Shown here: positions 62,816 to 64,000 of the stretch, in pieces
How the letters are laid out: the number at the start of each line of letters is the position of its first letter
How positions within the stretch are numbered: position 1 is the stretch's first letter
Assembly: GCA_016748015.1 (NCBI GenBank)
Contig: JAAOMT010000557.1
Span: 186,001-250,000, forward strand
Reading direction: 5' to 3'
Source: Geosiphon pyriformis uo1
Lineage: Eukaryota; Fungi; Glomeromycota
Length of the DNA: 64,000 nucleotides
The notes under the pieces: model-generated
The model's database searches: none
Told to the model about the DNA's origin: nothing
Seen by the model: only the letters and a program-made list of their open reading frames with translations
Position numbers and translations under genes: made by a program

Positions 62816-64000
62816 TTTATTTATTAAAGTTTAATGAATGGAGTTCAAACGCCACTTAGTGCTATACATCATACAAATGATCTAAACTAGGTGCGAATCA
62901 TGCTTTTGCTATATGTGACCAAACACTCAGACTAGTCAGAACAACACTACGCACTTATATGAACTGAAGCCATGTCACCAACACCTGCATAAAACAAACA
63001 ATGTTTATGATACCCAAAACTAATGCTGAGTGCATTAGCAACACCCAACAATCTAATCATCCCAGCCAAAAGCCACACAAAAAAACCAGAAACAGTGACA
63101 GGAATAAAACCATCACGTAGAATCAACTTATTCTTCTCCATAATGGCCCAGTGTTTTACATAGACCAGCCAGATATTATTACAAAATGCAAGACAAAACT
63201 CTCATACAAAATTTACAACATTGACCACTGCCACCTTAGGATCCTTGTAAACAAAAACAGACTTACAATACCAATTGCCGAAAACAAAACCCTTACACAG
63301 GGCCATACTGACAGTTACATCTGAAATGCAAGTCAACAACAACTGCGATATGCATGAAGAAAAACGAGACAGACCAGAACGCATCTCTCAGGCAGCTGCA
63401 TAAGTGTCCAACAAATTGGCACAACTATTAGCATCAGAAGAGCAAGAAAAGATATGGTCTGAGACTTCAACTTTACCACAGAACAAACAAACCACACTGG
63501 GATAACCCCTATTATACAGACGCTTTTGCACAGCAACAGGAAAGTGATGATGAAAGGCTTTCATGAAATATGTACGAAAGCCAGCTGTCCAAATACTAGT
63601 AAAACCAGTTGCCATATGGAAATCTGGGTGCCACACCAGAGAAAACCTCAACCAGTCAATATTAGCACGCAAACAACCTGGAACAACCTGGGAACCAGAA
63701 CCAACCTTCCAATGTGTGCGATGAATTGACCTGAATATGTCATGAACAAAATGCCTCAAATTACCAGAAACTGTATCAACACCAGCCTTCAAAAACCTCT
63801 TACTGATCAAGTGGGGCAGGTGCTAGGCAGAAAGGGCAGCATTTTTAGCCAGCACATCAGCATGCTTATTGCCTGAGACATCTGAATGGTTCTTAACCTT
63901 AATCTAATTAACATCCAAATTTTTGCGACAAATGACATTGGCAATATAATGATGCTCAATCCAACAACAATTCCTGAAATCAGGGCCAACCGATAAAGAC
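62816..64000 (-). mobile_element. LINE 3' portion (end of RNase H, CCHC, 3' tail); continues beyond the window
   Basis: KVKNHSD..GNKHAD, CLFCGKVEVSDHIFSC, ORF2 stop at 62947, conserved tail. Confidence 0.9.

Overview
AT-rich, intron-containing eukaryotic DNA, most consistent with a Glomeromycotina/Mucoromycota-type fungus (an inference from gene content and intron style). A compact, CpG-retaining island of four spliced host genes at about 11.2-17.7 kb (FAM204A-like, BTB-BACK-TLDc, ALDH7A1, SLX1) is surrounded by decayed, CpG-depleted retroelements and near-pure AT tracts. The non-LTR elements are six copies or fragments of an ORF1 + APE-RT-RNaseH LINE and one ORF1-only (HAL1-like) element. 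All copies with a visible 3' end share a ~115-nt tail that folds into a multibranch, probably pseudoknotted RNA. The LTR elements are a nest of three Ty3/gypsy-type insertions (A 22857-50022, B 25036-34940, C 38314-45660) inside one LINE. They share an unusual layout: one Gag-PR-(Cys-rich insert)-dUTPase-RT-RNaseH ORF (C has lost its Gag) that stops after RNase H, integrase as a separate downstream ORF behind a splice-acceptor-like spacer, and an extra ~210-240 codon ORF3 before the 3' LTR. All full-length TE ORFs carry stops from C>T/G>A decay.
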